Origin: Candidatus Saccharimonadota bacterium
GTDB taxonomy: Bacteria; Bacteroidota; Bacteroidia; Flavobacteriales; Blattabacteriaceae
Reading direction: 5' to 3'
DNA length: 32,000 bases
Assembly (NCBI RefSeq): GCF_000709555.1
Contig: NZ_CP006873.1
Location: 60,001 to 92,000, forward strand
In this document: positions 30,000-32,000 of the stretch, one piece after another
Numbering within the stretch: position 1 is the first letter of the stretch
Layout of the letters: each line of letters opens with the position of its first letter
Notes under the pieces: model-generated
The model's database searches: none
The model's input: only the letters and a program-made list of their open reading frames with translations
Told to the model about the DNA's origin: nothing
Program-made: the position numbers and the translations under genes

Positions 30000-30383
30000 T
30001 TATAATGTTTGTATTTTTTCGACGAAAATTTTGTTCTTTTTATTTTCAATATAAAAAGCATAGATTTTATGAGTCTTAATATCTTTATATAAAATCTTAT
30101 ATATTGGAAATGGGTTTTTTCTTGTCATACTTCCTGAAAAGGAAATATTTCCATCTTTAAGCACTTTCTTTCTGATAAAAGAAATATCTGCATAAGTCTT
30201 TAATTCATTAGGTAATGAAAGGGAACAGCTATTATTTATAATAATTTCTTTTCTACCTAGAAAGTTTAATATTCGTTTATTGGGTGCAAATAAGAGTACA
30301 CGATTACCAAAAAATCCCGTAATAAGCAATATACCCAAAATTCCCCCTAAAAGAAAGAAAAATAAACGTCTTGTAAAATTCAT
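30000..30383 (-). CDS. Small N-terminally membrane-anchored conserved hypothetical protein (resembles flavobacterial DUF4258-type proteins)
   Basis: 127 aa with one clear TM helix (LFFFLLGGILGILLITGFF), then PNKRILNFLGRKEI and VLKDGNISFSGSMTRKNPFPIYKI, which recall the family as I remember it. It sits directly upstream of rpmH on the same strand. The function is unknown. Confidence 0.5.
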   Translation of the reverse strand: MNFTRRLFFFLLGGILGILLITGFFGNRVLLFAPNKRILNFLGRKEIIINNSCSLSLPNELKTYADISFIRKKVLKDGNISFSGSMTRKNPFPIYKILYKDIKTHKIYAFYIENKKNKIFVEKIQTL

Positions 30384-30576
30384 GGTTTAAAGCAACATCT
30401 AAAAAGGGTCATACATTTTAATATTAATTCGTGTATTCTTCTCTTGCCTCAGCAAATCTTTTTTATTTAATACGTTGTCTTAAACTAGTTTTTCCAGATC
30501 CTATATATACGTATTCGCTGCATGAGTAAATTCTTCCAATGAAATATACTTAAATGCTAGTTTAAGGTGAAAAATA

Positions 30577-31139
30577 ATGCAAGAGGATAATGATTCAAAT
30601 CTTAAACACCGTAATTGTACTTAACACAGGAAAGAAAGTTAATCTAAGTTTTAAACCTGCACAATCCAGGTTTTATATTTGTTCGTATCGATATTCCAGA
30701 AAAACCTAAAATACCTGCTTGTCTAAATCGAAGTCCTGAGCTTATTTAGATAATGTACTCATTGAAATAGATTATGGTCATCACTGCCTTTTCTGAAAGC
30801 GATTGAACAAGCAGGAATTATTCATCAAAAGGCTGAGAGAAAAAAAGTGGGATATCACAAAAACTGTATACGACATCAATGGTGTCACATAAGCCTCCAT
30901 TTCGGTTCATAGATAAATCTTACAAATAAGTATATTGTAGTAATTAAAAATCTTCCCGCCTTCCACTTTTTTTACAGGTGTACTTAAAGTAGAAGCTATG
31001 GCTCAAGCAGTAGGGAGTCCTAAGTAAGAAAGAAGATCCACAAAATGGAATTACTTCAAGAAGGCGGAGAGACATGGTAAATAACAAATTGGTAATAGAG
31101 GCTTAAGCCCAAGTCATAAGGGTTAAAATGAATCAATAA
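30577..31139 (+). pseudogene. Bifunctional UDP-3-O-acyl-GlcNAc deacetylase / 3-hydroxyacyl-ACP dehydratase (LpxC/FabZ), eroded relic
   Basis: Collinear fragments in shifting frames. LpxC pieces: VLNTGKKVNLSFKPA, PGFIFVRIDIPEKPKIPA, DNVLIEID, LPFLKAIEQAGIIHQKA. FabZ pieces: HKPPFRFIDK, FFTGVLKVEAMAQAVG, and the C-terminal AQVIRVK. About 560 bp remain versus about 1.4 kb intact. Confidence 0.8.
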
Positions 31140-31157
31140 CGGATAAAATATATTTTT

Positions 31158-31718
31158 ATGGCATCTACTTCAGATATTAGAAAAGGTCTGTGCATTCGTT
31201 TTAATAATAACGTGTGTAAGATCATAGATTTTCTTCATGTAAAACCAGGTAAAGGACCAGCTTTCGTCCGGACAAAACTTAGAAATTTGACTACCGGGAA
31301 AGTATTTGATCACACGTTTCCAGCAGGACATAAAATAGAAAAAGTATTCTTGGAATCACATAATTATCAGTTCCTTTACGAGGACAAAGATAGTTATCAT
31401 TTTATGAATACACAATGTTATAATCAAGTGCAACTTCCTAAAAATTTCATTAGTAAAAAACAATTTTTAAAAGAAGGGATGGAAGTAACTATTACTTTCC
31501 AAAAATATGATGAAACTCCCTTGAGTATTGAAATCCCTCACGAAAGTATTCTAAAAGTCATTTATACTGAACCAGGACTTAAAGGTGACACTGTTACCAA
31601 TGCGAGAAAACTGGCTACTTTGGAAACCGGAGCTGTTATACAAGTTCCATTGTTTATTAAAACAGGTGATAACGTCAAAATAAATATTGAAAATGGGGTC
31701 TATATAGAAAGAGTCTAA
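31158..31718 (+). CDS. efp: Elongation factor P
   Basis: 186 aa with the canonical N-terminus (ASTSDIRKGLCIRFNN..., HVKPGKGPAFVRTKLRNLTTGK) and three EF-P domains. Confidence 0.95.
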   Translation: MASTSDIRKGLCIRFNNNVCKIIDFLHVKPGKGPAFVRTKLRNLTTGKVFDHTFPAGHKIEKVFLESHNYQFLYEDKDSYHFMNTQCYNQVQLPKNFISKKQFLKEGMEVTITFQKYDETPLSIEIPHESILKVIYTEPGLKGDTVTNARKLATLETGAVIQVPLFIKTGDNVKINIENGVYIERV

Positions 31719-31754
31719 TATTTTATAGTTTTAAAATAGGTATGTTATTTCACT

Positions 31755-32000
31755 ATGAGTATACTCGTTAATAAAAATTCACGTGTTATTGTTCAGGGAT
31801 TCACTGGTAAAGAAGGAACTTTTCATTCCCAGCAAATGATAAATTATGGTACATTGTTGGTTGGTGGAATTACTCCTGGAAAAGGTGGTAATAAACACTT
31901 AAACCTCCCTATTTTTGATACTGTTGAACAAGCAATTAAGGCTACTCGAGCGAATGTCAGTATCCTTTTTGTCCCTCCTGCATTTGCCGCTGACGCAATA
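31755..32000 (+). CDS. sucD: Succinate--CoA ligase (ADP-forming) alpha subunit, N-terminal 82 codons (continues past the window)
   Basis: [45 protein letters not shown]...[15 protein letters not shown] is the canonical SucD N-terminus. The frame is open to the window edge. Confidence 0.93.
   Translation, partial: MSILVNKNSRVIVQGFTGKEGTFHSQQMINYGTLLVGGITPGKGGNKHLNLPIFDTVEQAIKATRANVSILFVPPAFAADAI

Noticed and set aside
29802-30383. Whether rpmH marks the replication origin region, given the classic rpmH-rnpA-dnaA neighbourhood.
   Set aside because: There is no dnaA, rnpA or dnaN here, and I could see no cluster of DnaA-box-like 9-mers. rpmH is flanked by htpG and a small membrane protein instead.
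1-32000. Possible UGA (or other stop codon) reassignment, as seen in some of the smallest symbiont genomes.
   Set aside because: All conserved genes reach full expected length in the standard code. TGA occurs as a terminal stop (for example rplT). The interrupted genes are explained by frameshifts and deletions, not by in-frame TGA codons.
1-32000. A search for CRISPR arrays, IS elements or transposases, integrases, phage genes, toxin-antitoxin or defence systems, long repeats, or any unexplained conserved multi-gene cluster that could be a novel system.
   Set aside because: None was found. Every ORF of meaningful length is a recognisable housekeeping or biosynthetic gene, or a relic of one. 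The only direct repeat seen is the 8-bp micro-tandem at 19006-19029.

Overview
AT-rich (about 30% GC by eye), very gene-dense window with short spacers and several overlapping gene ends. It reads in the standard genetic code. Gene content and protein signatures point to a strongly reduced Bacteroidota/Flavobacteriia insect endosymbiont of the Sulcia, Blattabacterium, Uzinura or Walczuchella type. The clearest lineage marker is the relic of a fused lpxC/fabZ gene; the organism cannot be named without a database search.

I call 28 apparently intact protein genes and one tRNA:
- Translation: argS, thrS-infC-rpmI-rplT, rpsA, rpmH, efp, def.
- tRNA modification: mnmA, tilS, miaA.
- Chaperones: grpE-dnaJ, htpG.
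- DNA: gyrA, ruvX.
- Amino-acid provisioning: aroB, aroK, aroC, dapD.
- Energy and lipoate: lpdA, lipA, ndh, sucD.
- Other: a TatA-like protein, two conserved hypotheticals, and tRNA-Lys(UUU).

Six further loci are decayed: ffh, cca, mnmE, pdhA, the PDH E2 gene and lpxC/fabZ. On my coordinates they total about 5.4 kb, roughly one sixth of the window. Two of the frameshifts (mnmE and cca) sit exactly in poly(A) runs.

I found no CRISPR array, mobile element, phage, defence, toxin or secondary-metabolite genes, and no support for a novel multi-gene system. The points worth a second look are ongoing gene erosion, possible slippage rescue at the poly(A) runs, apparent loss of SRP and of the CCA-adding active site, and a few small sequence oddities. 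All homology statements come from my own reading of the translations against remembered family motifs; no search was run.
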